Positions 39,922-54,109 of a DNA stretch of 64,000 nucleotides are shown in pieces. Source of the DNA: the human T2T-CHM13v2.0 reference genome, Homo sapiens; NCBI RefSeq assembly GCF_009914755.1, contig NC_060926.1, one strand, 5' to 3'. The notes beneath the pieces were generated by a model that was not told the origin of the DNA, made no database searches, and saw only the letters and a program-made list of their open reading frames with translations. Position 1 is the first letter of the stretch, and each line of letters opens with the position of its first letter. A program made the position numbers and the translations under genes.

Positions 39922-40234
39922 CAGATACACAATTCTTTATATACAATTCTGAAATCCCCAAGAATCTAAATCCAAAAGTATTTGTAACTCATTTAGAGGC
40001 AAAATCTTCTCTGAACTGACAGGCCTATGTATTACCTTGTTTTTCTTTATTTAGTATGAATATTCATTTGTTTCACAGCAGAAATATCAATGTAATTGCA
40101 AGGTCATGAGTTGCTGACTCATACCTGTAGGAGGTATTCTGCAATAATTGCTAACATAACATTTTATCTTTATTGGGATTACCAAACATCCTGTATCCCA
40201 ATAAATATCTTGTCTTAGGGATTTTGGAGACTTG
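39922..40234 (-). mobile_element. MER46C-like element (copy 3)
   Basis: CAGATACACAATTCTTTAT..CAATTCTGAAATCC..AACTCATTTAGAGGCAAAA..CTGAACTGAC..TGAATATTCAT..CAGAAATAT..AGGGATTTTGGAGACTTG. Confidence 0.75.
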
Positions 40235-40494
40235 TAACATGAGGCTTGTGACATAGAATCCGATTGACCCAGCTTCGAGATCATCTGACGATGCGATGCT
40301 GCAGTTCTAGGTGAAGATTGTTTGGTTCTCACAGGCTGAGTGGTTCTGGGGTCAGCCATAGGTTGGGTCTACTCCAAAGCAGACTCGGGACAGCCTTGGA
40401 GATGCCAAACACTTCCCGTCCTGAGCTTAACCTTGATCCCTGTGGCCCTTAGAATGATTATTCTTACAGCAACACACCCAAGTGCTAGAACCAG

Positions 40495-40742
40495 TAGCCA
40501 CGTTAAAAAATGGATGAGCACTGGCCAATTCGATCTGAGTTTGAATCCCTGACCTATCACTTACCAGTTCTGTACCCTTGACAGGTTTATCAAGTTTTTT
40601 AAACTTCAGCTTCTCATCCTTAAAGTGGGAATTTTAATAGCGTTTTTGAGGGCTGTGTAAGTTTTAAATGGCACAGCATATGTAAAAGGGCTTTCTGTGG
40701 TGACTTATTCCTACTAAATGTTCAGTAAAAGTCAGATTATTT
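40495..40742 (+). mobile_element. MIR
   Basis: CTGAGTTTGAATCCC..CACTTACCAGTTCTGT..CTTCAGCTTCTCATC..AAAGTGGGA..CATATGTAAAAG. Confidence 0.75.
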
Positions 40743-41676
40743 TCCCCTTTCATTTGTTGGCATTTCCGTACTATTTCCATCAACAGAAATCTCTACCATA
40801 AGGCTATTTGTGAAGATTTTCTTCAAATAACTGATTTATTGTGGTGGTGGTTGTTAATTAAAATAACTGATGATTGTTATTGTTTTTTTATTTCTGAATC
40901 TCAGTCTGGATCTGTGCCATTTTAAAGTCCAGAAAGTTGAATTGGTTTAATTCCAATAGTATTCTGCCAAGATTTTTTTTAAGAAAACAAACTCTGTTAA
41001 TAATGTATGAGGTTTATAATGCACATGTATCACAGTTTACAGGAAACAGAGAAAAATACCCCTAAGTGGTAAAGTGTGTTTATTGTAGGTCAACTAATCA
41101 CATTTCTTAAACCTGGAATATATGAAATTTGATGCTTGGCTGTAGTCTGTGAAGAACTGCTGGGCATGGACTGTACCTTGGCTGTGATTCATTCTGATCT
41201 TATGAAGGCTGGAGCTCATGACTATAGAGTATGAGGCTGGCATGACTAATTCCCTTATAATTATCAAAAGGTCTTGAGTCAAAAAGTTATCTCCCGAGTT
41301 TGATCACAAGTCGTAAATGCACAAGGAGAGATTCCCTCCAGTGTTCAAGTTTCTCTCTGCTGCTGACTTGGGCGGCATGGGAGCCCCTTCTTAGGCCACC
41401 AGAGAGCCTCACGGTGAGGTGCTGGATGATACTCTCAGACCCTTCTCCTCAAGTAAAGGAGGACATGCTACACAAGGAAGGATTGCAAGTTTATGGAGGT
41501 GGCTTTATAGGTCAGTGGGGAAAGGAAGGACAATTTAATAAACAGTCATAGGACAGATAGACATTATAAAATAAAATAAGCCTCCCTAATTTGGATCTGA
41601 GGAAATCAATGCCAGGTGATGTGAAGACTTGAACAGAAAAAAATTTATAAGAAAATACGATATGACTTTAGGAGAG

Positions 41677-42086
41677 TGATACAATTTAGACGTTTGCTCC
41701 TTTTGAGTCTCATGGTGAAATGTAATCCCCAGTGTTGGAGGTAGGGCCTGGTGGGAGATGCCTGGTCATGGGGGCAGATCCCTCATGAATGGGGGTTGGT
41801 GCTGTCTTCGCACAAATTAGAGTTCTCTCTCTAATTTCACATGAGATCTGGTTGTTGAAGTGTGTGGCACCTCTCCCCTCACTCTCGCTCCCTCTCACCA
41901 TGTGACATGCCTGCTCCTGCTTCACCTTCTGCCATAAAAGTTTCCTGAGGCCTCACCAGAAGCTAAGCAGATGCTGTGCCATGCTTCCTGTACAGCCTGC
42001 AGAACCATGAGCCAATTATACCTCTCCTTTATAAATTACCCAGGCTTACATAATGCTTTATAGCAATGCAGAAACAGCCTAATACA
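41677..42086 (+). mobile_element. MSTB-like MaLR solo LTR
   Basis: TGATA..GAAATGTAATCCCCAGTGTTGGAGGT..GGGGGCAGATCCCTCATGAATGG..GTACAGCCTGCAGAACCATGAGCCAATT..CCTAATACA; TSD GAGAG/GATAG. Confidence 0.93.
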
Positions 42087-42466
42087 GATAGGGAAGGAGT
42101 CTTTAAAAAGACAAAAATGCACAAATCATGAAAAGAAAATGTGGCCAAATTTTACTAAATGAAAGTTAAAACTTCTGTAGAACAAAAGGTACCAAAAGTT
42201 ACCATAACACTATTTTTATAAAAATTGGAAATGTGCAAAATAAGTCTATATATTATTTTTTATATTATGTATATAACATGTATGTATGTGGGATGTGTGT
42301 ATATATGTATGTATATATAAATATATATATAAACAGCATAAAATACGCTTAAGAAAAACATGCATTAAAATTCAGAAATTACTGGAGTTACCTCCAAAAA
42401 CACAGTGAAGGAAATGAGAGAAGAGAGTGATACATAGGGGGCTTCAACTGTATCTGTAACATTTTA

Positions 42467-42919
<453 letters not shown>

Positions 42920-43504
42920 TCACTTGATAAACAATTCACTATAGGCAAACATTTGGAAGAACTAGCAAGCTTCAGAGTCCCCGGGCCTTTTGCCTTTCCT
43001 ACAACATGGATCAAAGACTGCTTGCTTCTCTGTCACCTCACTTATTTTTCCTAAGTTTGACTTGAGAGAAAAAGTGAAAAGTTTTCCACCAATGGACTGC
43101 AGTTGTCCTCTGCCATCAGAGTAGCACAGTTTTCGCCTCCTTGCAGCTGTCTTGTATGGCTCTATAATATGTGTGTTGTTTCCCTTCCTGCTCCAATCCC
43201 CACATCCGGGAAGGGCTACAGTTTCCTCCTCTGGGTTCTGGGATGTGCTGAGGCATAGCAGAGCGGGTGACTGTCATTGAAACTTGGCTGCAGCTGCTGC
43301 TGCTTCTGACACTGGAGAATGTGCACTTTAGCATCATGTCCCACTCTCTGATGCTAAACAGCCCTTTTCAGTCTTTTAATAGATTCTTGGGGGAAGAGGA
43401 AGTGGAGGCTGAGGTTAGCTTTGTTCGCTTGTGTGCCTGTCTCAGTCAGATTGGCATCTGGCGCAAAGCCTACTGTTTAGTCAGATGGTATTGTTTTATG
43501 TTAT

Positions 43505-43547
43505 ACACACAGACACAGACACACACACACACACACACACACACACA
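43505..43547. repeat. (CA)n microsatellite with GA interruptions
   Basis: ACACACAGACACAGACACACAC..ACACA. Confidence 0.97.
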
Positions 43548-44042
43548 GCACGAGCTCAAACCATATGTCTCTATGTCTTCAAGTTACGTTGCACTGACCA
43601 AAATCATATTTATCACACACTGAGGTATAAATTCAAAATACATGTTCTTTGGCGTCTGTAACCATGACAAGTGAGGTTCTGTTTTTTCAAGATGGCAGTG
43701 GGTTGGAGGTAATAGAGAAAACTCCCTCCAACTGATCTCTACTCTCCTTAGTGAAAAGAATGCATAGAATGTGATGAGAGGATCAGTTCAACCAATTATC
43801 CCACACAGAGAATTTTCAATCTTTCTAGGGAAGCCTCAGTAGACAATTAATGTTAATCAGAATTCCCAAATCTTTTCCACCCAGACTCCTAAAGATGGCT
43901 AGAATTCATCTAGAATTCATGTGAAACCCTGCCTTCTTATTCCATCTGGACATGGTTTTCTTCCAGCTGAAAGCTTCCCAGAGCCCCTTAAGACCTGCCT
44001 TCACTTTCTAGAGTGAGTTTAGAAACTTCAGAACTATGAAAA

Positions 44043-44289
44043 CAGAGGTCAGCAAACTATGCCCCCATGGACCAAATCCAACCAGCTTCCTGTTTTTGTA
44101 AATAAAGTTTTACTGAAACAAAGCAATGCCCACCTGCCTTTTTTTTTGTTTTGTTTTCCAGCAAATTGTCCATGGCTATTTTCATACTACAATGGCAATG
44201 TTGAGTATTGCCAGCAGAGGACATTTTGCCCACAAAGCCCAAAATATTTACTTATGTGGCCCTTTACTAAAAACATGTGCAAGTCCCTG
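44043..44289 (+). mobile_element. MER58A (hAT-Charlie)
   Basis: CAGAGGTCAGCAAACTATG..CCTGTTTTTGTAAATAAAGTTTTACTG..AAAATATTTAC..TGGCCCTTTAC..CCCTG. Confidence 0.9.
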
Positions 44290-45335
44290 GGAAATAGAAT
44301 CCTATGTCCTGAATGACTGATTGAATTAAACCAAGAAATAACAGGTCAAAAATATGGTCATATTCAATTCATACCAGGTTCATACCAGGGAGCAGTGAAA
44401 CTAGCGGCCAAATGTCCCACCTCAATTAATTCTTATTCAAATATTACAAAATCAAAGAAGTTTTCTCCAAAAAGTAGGCCTGCCATTGATTAGAAATTAT
44501 ACCCTGCTGCCCTATTATCACTCTCCTCAACACAAACTATGGAGTAGCACAGGGCTTTAGTTTCTCTGTGACTCATCCTCTTTGCTCAAGCTGACATTGC
44601 TCCCCATACTTGTCACCCCACACCTGATAGCCAGGCACCAAGATGACCATAACATTGGCATAGCCAAGAGTGCCTGGGGATGTAATGACACACAGTGAAT
44701 TAAATGTCCTAGAAAGGAAAACACTAACAAGCTTCCTCATGCTCTGGGTCATATATTCATCACCAGCATGTGACTACTATTGTTCCTTTTGTCTTAGAAG
44801 AAAACTCATGCAGAGGCTGACTAGGCATAAAAGGCAGATTTTATATATATTTACTTAATAGCTCTATGAGTTCCAAAACCGCCTGAATAATTCAATCCAC
44901 AGGAAAAGGACCATTCCAAAGAACTCCCAACCATGACTTACTAGAGTTAATGATGTTGGTTTCCAGAAAGTTTGTAACTCCTGATATTATATGCATAATA
45001 ATATATTTGGTGAAGTTAGTTACCCTAAGAAAATCTGCTCTGGGTACTTTTTTTTAGAGCTGTCTGCTTTGTGGTGACTGGACTGAGAGCCAAGAGACTG
45101 AAAACCATGTGACTCAGGGCAAATCACTCAACCTCCCGGTTTCGACTGGACTCTAGAAATGAGGAGTTTAGACAAATAACAAGAAAATCACCCTCCTAGC
45201 TTACAAAGCACTTTTCTAAATGTTATCGTATGATTTTTAGATGAGTTGTATATCTCCAACATACATAAATGCCACTGAAAATGCTGAAACCAGCTTGGCA
45301 ATTCTTCAATAGTCTAGAAAAAGCAGGTCAAAGTG

Positions 45336-45755
45336 TGCAGTAGTTTGAATGTCCCCTCCAAAACTCATGTTGAAATGTAATTGCCATTGTGATGGTATTA
45401 TGAGGCAGAACCTTTAAGAGGTGATTAGGTCATGAGAGCTTCAACTTTCTGAAAGCATTAGCGCCCTTATCATGAGAGTGGGTTAGTTATCACGGGGGTG
45501 GGCTCAGGATAAAAGGATGAACTTGGCTTGATTTCCTCTGTGTTTCGTGTGTTGGCTGTGTGATGCGTTCTGTCATGTTATGACACAGGAAGAAGACCCT
45601 CACCAGATGTGACCCTTCAGTCTTGGACTTCCCAGGCTCCAGAACCATGAGACAAATACCTCTGTTTTTTTTTGTTTTGTTTTGTCTTTGTTTTTGTTTT
45701 TTTGTAAATTCTCCTCTGTGGTATTCTGTTATAGCAGCACAAACAGACTAAGACA
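45336..45755 (+). mobile_element. MSTC/MSTD-like MaLR solo LTR
   Basis: GTTTGAATGTCCCCTCCAAAACTCATGTTGAAAT..CCTTTAAGAGGTGATTAGGTCATGAG..TCTTGGACTTCCCAG..ACAGACTAAGACA; TSD AAGTG/AATTG. Confidence 0.92.
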
Positions 45756-47024
45756 AATTGTGATTCTCATTTTTCCACCATGACCTTCTTTATAACAAAG
45801 ACATTGCTCAAGAAATAGAGTATTTTAAGGGTTTGAATTTCTTTTTCCAGTGCTCACCTATGCCCACTTCTTACCTAGTCCTCTTCAGATACTTTTTCTA
45901 GGTAACTGGCCTCAGTTGTGCCATAGGCCTAAGATTAGAACAAAGCCAAGAAACGCTAACAGGTAACATAAAAAATGCAAGCCTGTGTGCACCAGCATCA
46001 CTCAACTAAAGCCTGATCTTTAGAACTAGAAAATATCCAGTGAGACATTGTGGCATTCGTGTGTCTTGGGTGTATTCCTCTCCTTCCACTAGTGATGCTC
46101 AGTTAAGTTTGTGGGGAGTGTTTTGCCAGACTGAGCTCCTTTCTTTCCCAGGCATCTGTGCTAATCCTGGTGGAGTCCTTGTGCTGAAAACCTCAGACTC
46201 TGGTCTTTGTTTTCAGAATTCCTATGCAGAGGAAATTCTCTGTTTCTGACTGTGTGTGCACAAGGGCACAGTTTTGTGGATTACAGTGTGTATTTGCAGG
46301 GGCAAGGTTTTGCAGTGTATGTATTTGTACCATGGTAAAGCAGTGGATGGAATGTGGAAGGGTTAGGACACATTTTCTTGAGGTCTTTCCAAGTTGCTAA
46401 ATGTTTTCTGTAAAGCTCAAGAGTACAATCAGGCTTGGATTTCCTCTTCTGACATTCTCAGCTGGTGGCATTTGTACCTCTGGGAGTGCACTGGAGCGAC
46501 TGGAACTGAATGGTTGGCATAAAAAACTTCTGGGACAATGGGTAAAGAAAGATGCATGATCTGTCTGCCCAGTAGCTGAGAGTTTGGTGTGAAAAGAAAA
46601 CAAAATCAACTTCCAACTCAGTTTCTTGCCCAGTTACATTCTGCTAGTCAATCAAGTCATCCAATCACAAATGCTTAGGAATTTTAATGTGATTCTGGTG
46701 GTTTGGAAATTAAGTACACAGGCCAAACATCAGAAGGCTTGGTGGGATGCTCAGGCCTAGGTAAAAACAAGAATTAAACTAGAAAAACATTAATTGTTAT
46801 AGTATCTCTTCCTGATGGGTTAGTTTATCTTATATGCCCTGAAAAAGAAAAAATGTTGCATTTGAGTAAGAAAATAAACTGAAGTGCCCATGTGTCTGAC
46901 AAACATCTATTTTTAGGACATTTTTGAGGTCTTAAAAAAGAATGTAAGTAGCATGGAAAGATTTTTCAAGAACAACATTTAAGTTGACATAATTATATTG
47001 GTTTGGTAGACTATTACTTTAGGG

Positions 47025-47180
47025 TAATGGTTTCCTAATTTGTTAGGACCCAAGCAACACTCATCTGTTTCAACCAAAGTAGCTACCCTTTCGTTTTCTT
47101 AGTGCCTTCTGATTTTGAGGTTCTCTGTGTGATTTCATTTGAAGAAAAGTTTCCACTGCAAAAGAACTGGAAGAGCATTG
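47025..47180 (-). mobile_element. MER103C-like relic
   Basis: TTCAACCA..GATTTCATTTGAAGAAAAGTTTCCACTGC.. Confidence 0.5.
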
Positions 47181-47262
47181 GTTAGGTCATTTCTGAGAAT
47201 CCTTATAGCTTCTCTAGCTGATATAATGGAATGAAAAGGGAGATAAATTATAGAGAAAACAG

Positions 47263-48362
47263 TGTGACAGACACTGCCAATTTTCTACCTAAATCCTCCT
47301 CCTCCCACTATTCTACCCTGATTTTTCCTTACTTGCTGAACCCCAACTTTGTTCTAATACTGGGAGCTACCATGAGTTCAGGGATGGAGACCATCTTTGA
47401 CCCAAAAGTGAACCTCTATTGATCTGTATCAATCAGAGTAGTCTTAATTGCTGGCCAGTCATTGTCTCAGGCATGGACGTGTGCTCTAACTCTGAGCTAT
47501 GTGGAACTAAGATCTCCTCGAAGCATCTGAAGAAGACTTTTCTAGACAGAGAAAAGCCTTTCAAGGTAAAATCTGTTTTCTGTGCTGGATTTCTAAACTA
47601 GGGTTAGCCACATAACTTGCAGGCCCAAGTGAAAACTTAAAATGTGAAGATCCTTATTCAAGAAGCAGAATCAAACATTTTCCTTTTATCAATGATCTCT
47701 CCTTCTTGACTTGTCATGGTGGTTTTTATTTGTGCTTTGGGTTTGGGGTACCCTCACAGACACCTAGAGCCTCGTCCTGCAACTCAGCATGTACAGCACA
47801 CATTATTCTGACCCCGATCCCCTGCACTTAACTCCAACCTCTGCTGGAGGCAGAGGTGGGCAGCAGCTGTTGGGCAGTGGCTGGGAGCAAGTGGCCTAGA
47901 ACTTGTCTCAGCAAGGAGGTCAGGAAGGACTGCCCATGAGTTGGGGCTCTGAACCCTTGGTACATGCTTCTTTGTTCCATCATACTTCACTTACAAAGCA
48001 CACATTCTAAATAGAATTACTAAGAATTTCAATACAGTGACCACAGAGCATTACCACTCAAGCAGGACCTGCTGAACCTGGGGCCCTATAGGAGAGCACT
48101 GATGGCCCACCCCTGATTGTGGCCCTGGTCTTCATGTCTGCATCAGCCTCAGCCATCTCAAGACCACAACGGGAACATAGCCAAGTCAGAGAAGGAAGAC
48201 CAAAAGCACCAGGGCCCTTCATATTATTAAGCTGCTAAATTAACTAATCTTGGAAACTTCTAGACTCTACAATTCTTGTTGTATGAGGTAATAAACCCCT
48301 TGTTTTATAGGTCATTTTGGGGGTTTCTTTTATTAATCACAACTAAAGCATTATAACTGATA
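47263..48362 (+). mobile_element. MLT1J/K-like MaLR LTR split by a MER45 element
   Basis: TGTGACAGACACTG..GAACCCCAACTTTGTT..GGCATG | CAGCCATCT..GCTGCTAAATTAAC..CTTGTTGTATGAGGTAATAAACCC..AAAGCAT..AACTGATA. Confidence 0.7.
47599..48127 (-). mobile_element. MER45-family (hAT-Tip100) element with internal sequence
   Basis: Ends match the reverse complement of MER45 termini: CACATAACTTGCAGGCCCAAGTG..AAAATG and TAAGAATTTCAA..CAGAGCATTA..GGGGCCCT..GGCCCTG. Confidence 0.75.
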
Positions 48363-49351
48363 GGAAAGACCGCATATTGGTGAAAAAGGTCTACAGAGGG
48401 ACCAGCAGGAGATGGTAAAGCTAAAGGAGTTTTGCTCTAATGTTCAAATCCATGTCACCTGCCCTAGAGAATGCTGTTCCTGCTTTTCCCTAGCCACTGT
48501 GCTGGGCATGAGAGGCCCCCTGTCCTCCTTGGACCCAGAGAACAGAAAATGTCTTCACTTATACTCTACTCCCTCACATTCCTCCACTCTTGGAAGGTTT
48601 AACAAGTTCAAGAGAGAAGATATTGGCCAAATACAACACAGAGGCTAAACACAACACCTATGTTGATTGTTTGGTGTATAAGAATTGAGATGATGGAAAG
48701 AGGTCACTGTGAGCTTCAGGAATAGCTTGAGGCTAACTGATAAAACAGGTGAGATTTGTTTTGGGCCCTCCTACCTCCCTCATAATATATTCTTCTATCC
48801 TTCAGAAATCATCTACTACATAAAATTCTGGTTTCATACTTGGCCATTCCTGCTTAACGGAGCTAACAAAGAAATTTAAGGTACTATCTTACATAAAGGG
48901 TTGGCTGCCCAGTGCCTCAATTTCCTTCAAATGTTTGTGATTTCATGATTCTTCACTGCTTTATTCCTGCCCTTCCTACCTAGAAATCCTGGGAGCATGG
49001 ATTTTGGGGACCTTGAGAAGTTCTAAATTTATAAAAGTCTACTCAAATTTATGGGACTAAAGGAAGACTAATAACGTCCTCTGGAAAAAGTACCTTCAGA
49101 GAAAAGTCATATGAAGAAAGGCCCTTGAAGAATGTGGGTTTGGTCACATATGTATAGGGAAGCCTTTGGTCCTAAGAGGCCGGTAGTTTTGCACACGTGA
49201 AGCTGTCTCCCTCTGGTTGAGGAATGGAATATGATCCTTAGAAGCATCTTTATCCACATTTTAAAAATGGTTAGGCACTAAGCATGCTTCCCAGATACTT
49301 CTAGAGATTAGCACAGGTGTCTATAAATTATGGTTCTTTATTCTTATAGGT

Positions 49352-49767
49352 TGTACTAGGTTGAAAAATATCCCCACAAAACTTATGTCATCCCATAACC
49401 TCAGAGTGTGAGCTTATTTAGAAATAAGTGTAATTAGTTAATATATAGTCATACTGGATTCAGTTGGGCCTTAAATCCAATGGCTGGTGCCCTTATGGGA
49501 AGACAGATGAAGACACACAGAAAGGAAGGTCACTTAAAGACAGAGACAGAGATTGAGTTCTGTTGCCACAAGCCAAGGAACACCAAGAGCCACCAGCAGT
49601 TGGAAGAGGCAAGAAGGGATCTTCCCTTGAAGTTTCAGAGACAGCATGGCTCTGCCAACATCTTCATTTTGGACTTCTAGCCTCTAGAACTATGAGAGAA
49701 TACATTTCTGCTATTTTAAACCACCCAGTTTGTGGCAATTTGTTACAGCGGTCCTGGGAATAATACA
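49352..49767 (+). mobile_element. MLT1C-like MaLR solo LTR
   Basis: TGTACTAGGTTGAA..AACCTCAGA..GTCATACTGGATT..CCACAAGCCAAGGAACACC..TTGGACTTCTAGCCTC..TAATACA; TSD TAGGT/CAGGT. Confidence 0.9.
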
Positions 49768-52005
49768 CAGGTGAAAAATAGAAGTAGACCCCTCATGGGG
49801 CACATTGACCATCATGGACTAAGAAGGCTTGAGAGCTGGCCACTGACTGGGCCCTCCGTTTCACAAGAGGACATGGAGGAGGTATTTCTTCAACACAATG
49901 CCTGCTCACTGTTGTGCATCAGAAGTTGTGTTTACCTTTCCATCTCACATGAGCCCATGAGGTAAGAAATATTGAATTGGATGCTGTCTCAAAGGTCAGC
50001 ATGCCTGTCTGTCTGTGTGCAATTCACACTCCTCTGGGTTTCTCTCACTCCTACCTTTTCATCAAAAACCTTCTACCAAAGTCTGATCACAAGGTCTTCC
50101 TGTTTGAACTGGTGAGTTTTTCTGAGTGGCATCAGACAAAAAGGCTGAAAGCTGTTGGAAGCTTCCTCCATAGTAGATTAGCAGCACATGGGTGAACCAA
50201 GCTCATACATTATTCAGAAAGGAAAAATGTGGGCTTTGACTGAACTTTGAAGGAATCAGCAGCTGTTCCAGAGGAGAGTGCCCTATTGTTCTGCCTCACA
50301 GAACACAAAGAGCAAGTGGCATTCCTTACAGCATAGCTAATGGAGTACACGCAGACACTATGATGAACTGACCAGTGGACATCTTTCATGAGCTCCGAAA
50401 TCCTGTGCAGAATGACCTATTGCTGATCAGAGAGAAGATGTTCACACTTTTTTTTTTTAAATTTATGTAGCGTTATAACTCATTGCTATCCAGAGGAGGA
50501 GGTTTCTGGAAGATAAAATGCTGCCATCTGTGGAGCATGTATTTATCAACAGTACCAAAGTCCCCTTGGAAGTGTTACCAGGAAGATTAGGTTGACCTTT
50601 CAATCACTGTCTGGCAGGTCTTTCCCAAAAACATGGGAAGCATTTCCTGTGTCATGAAGCAAGAAAATAAATTTTTTAAAATTTCAATTTTTAAAAAAAT
50701 AAAATCCATACTACACATGTTTCTTTGATACCAGAAAAAGATTTTCCAAAATGGGAAGAAGAAACCCTGCCAAAATGTTCAAGTGAAGGCTAATAGGACC
50801 TTCAGCCAAGAGCATTTACAAGAATTCTGAATTAATTCCTGGTGAAGTATCTATTTCAAAAAAACACATAAAATGCTGCTATTATAGTCCTCCCGAAGTC
50901 CTACTTTATCATCAATGTATCTGAGTACATCTTGAAGTCATGATTAACTCATTTAAAAGTTCACTTGTGTATGCTTATAACTCCTGTTCACAGAAGCTCA
51001 AAGCATTTTTCTAGTATTCACTTACTGGAAATTTTTTCTAGCAAAAAATAAGCTCATGAGAATAATCAATCCCAGAGACAGAGGAGACAAATAAAGAAAA
51101 AAAAAAGGTGTTGGAAGGTAGAGGAGATAAATGGATCTGAATAACAAATGAAATTTTCTCTCTGGTCCCAGTACTTTTCTCCCAGATGAAAGATGCTGGA
51201 TGCTGGCATTGCTGACACTTCTGATGTGAGGCCAAGGAGATCAATGCAGGAGGAGACCTCTTAAACAGGGGCTTTATCAAGAATGGCCTACCACATTCAT
51301 CCATTGGCCCGCTACCATCTTTGATGTCCAAGCCAGCTAGATCAAGACATGATTGTGTTTTTAACTAGCATTCAACCTTTAGGTTTTACAATAGAATTAT
51401 TTCCCCAAATCTGCCATGTGCTGTTTTCTAGAGTGGATTGACAATTATTCTCTGGACTTTTTGGTAACCAAGAACTTCTAGCAACTAACCCTGGCATGAC
51501 CACCAGAATCTGCAGGGCTGAGAGAAGAAAGAAAGGCAAAAGTGGATGAATGCAGCTGAAGGTAAGGATTATAGAGCTGTTATTTGATGTAGGGCAATGT
51601 TATCCAAAATATAACTTGAGGTGCGTTAAAGGCTTGGCAAATAAAATATCAAAACAAGACTGCCCTTTTTTTTCAGTTTTAAATTATTGGAGAAAATACT
51701 AATAACCAATAAAAGGAAGCAAGCAATAACACTGAAAATTGCTCTTTCAATATTTGTAAAACCTGGCTCTCTGAATATAATTCTTAAGCAAGATACTATC
51801 ATAGAGACAGATTAATTAGTATTAAAAAGACATCTAAAAAAACCCTATTATTTGAAAGTTAATAACCTTGTAATTAATCCAATTGCCCAGGATATTAATG
51901 AAAACAAGAAATGTTTAGTTCAGCCAATCTCAGTAACTCAATAAACTATGCTGGGATCAAACTGGTTACTTAGTGATCAGCAGTACTTATAGATTAAGAA
52001 AAGTA

Positions 52006-52370
<365 letters not shown>

Positions 52371-53774
52371 TTATAAATACAATTCCCACCCAATAAGATT
52401 TTTTTTAAATCCCATTATAATAAATTTGCTGAACGCACGTTTTGTTAAACTTCGTGTTGCTTCTCTTCCTTCAGGCGATTTATTCAGCAATTAATTATAT
52501 TCAGCCTTCATAGTTAGCTTTGCCTCAGGGTTATTTCCCCAACTGGATTATAGACATCTAAAATCACATCCTTTCAGATTGAAAGGACTCTTTAAAGGTC
52601 ATCCATCTAATGCTTGCCCTCTACTCCCCACCCACCCAATGAAGGGAATAATTTTTATTTGGCTTTAACAATTGCTGGAGAATCTAAAATAATTATTATC
52701 TTATTGAAGATAAAGCATCTCAATATTATTGAAGGAATAAATAATATGTTTGAACTATTCAAAATATCCAGTAGCTTCTCCAATGTTGCACAGCTGTAGG
52801 GCACACCTTACCCCTGTGAGCTGGGCTACTCTTCTCTAGCTGGGTAAGCTGAGCAGAAGCAGGCTGCCTTGTTACTTAGTGGGAGATCACCCAGCACTGC
52901 CATATAACACAGGTCTTCTCTGTAAAATAGTGCCTAGAATACAAAGGCAAATCAAATATTTGAGCTATATGGAGGCTGAATATCAAATTTCCCCAACAAT
53001 TGCATTGACTTGACTAGAATTCATTCTGGAGAAAAATATCAGATCTGTTGAGACATTTTATTTTTTAAATAGCTAATTAAGATGGTAACCAATGTACTTG
53101 AAATAGTCTTATATTTTGAGCTTCCTGTAGTATAAAATTTCTACTTCTAATGCATCTATTTTCCAATTATCTTTCTATAGTATTTAAACATACGTGTTGC
53201 CAAGGTTACTGAGTAGATAATTTCTGTTGAGTAATGAAACTTTAAATATCTGGGAAGACCAACATAAAACAAATCCCAGTAAATGAATTAAGCATATATT
53301 TATTTGCCCACTATGCTAACCATTGTGAGATTCAACAAACACCGAAAAGAAAGTATTATCTTGTTTATATTTTGCTTGGCAAGTATTCCTAAATATGCGG
53401 ATTAAATTGATCTTTCATCATTACACCTGATTGATTATAAGGGAAGGAAAGTGATTTGTTAGGGGAATAAATAATTATGTTGATAGTCCAAATTTTGATT
53501 TTTAAAAACTGCCATTATTTTGACATTTTTCTGGTGTTCAGATTTTAAAAGCACAATTCAATTCATATAGTACTTAAAGAAAAACAACAAAATTTTTTAT
53601 AAACTTATTTAATAATACCTATAATGCTTAAACTTATTATGTAATTTGGTAATTTAAGAAATTTGTTAATATTGAGGAAAGCTACATGAATCATTCCAAG
53701 TCACCAGATTTGCCCTAATAAAGTTCTTTAGCATTTTTACACATAAAAATTATTTGCAATTCAATAATTCATCC

Positions 53775-53900
53775 CTTCATTCATTTCGTAGATGCTGTGG
53801 AACTCCTATCACATTCCAAGTGCTGTGTTGATATCTGGAGATATAGACAAGATCGAAGCAGATGCAGTCTTTCACATGAATATTTGAATCAGGCAGTATG
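53775..53900 (-). mobile_element. LINE-2 3' end
   Basis: CATTCATT..CTCCTAT..CCAAGTGCTGTG..CTGGAGATATAG. Confidence 0.55.
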
Positions 53901-54109
53901 TTCCCCAAATTAGCAAAGTATCTCCCAGATTTTTTCTTTGATGATATATTTGAAATCCTAATGCTGAAAGTTAAATTATCAGGGTTTTAAAACTAGAAGC
54001 AGTCATTATCAGAATTTTATATACTATTTATTTTTAAGAACGTAATTTGACTGTTTAAGTCTTATTATAATTTTAAGTGAAGTACTTTGGGCAGTCATAA
54101 ATAAAGTAA

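Noticed and set aside
41392-41410. CTCF-like GGCCACCAGAGAGCC
   Set aside because: Mismatch at a near-invariant core G and a poor 3' end
43899-44389. 11-bp tandem duplications (CTAGAATTCAT x2 at 43899; TTCATACCAGG x2 at 44368)
   Set aside because: Ordinary slippage duplications with two copies only; not CRISPR-like or array-like
50519-50535. CTCF-like TGCTGCCATCTGTGG
   Set aside because: One base short in the core relative to TGCCATCTAGTGG, giving three mismatches on alignment
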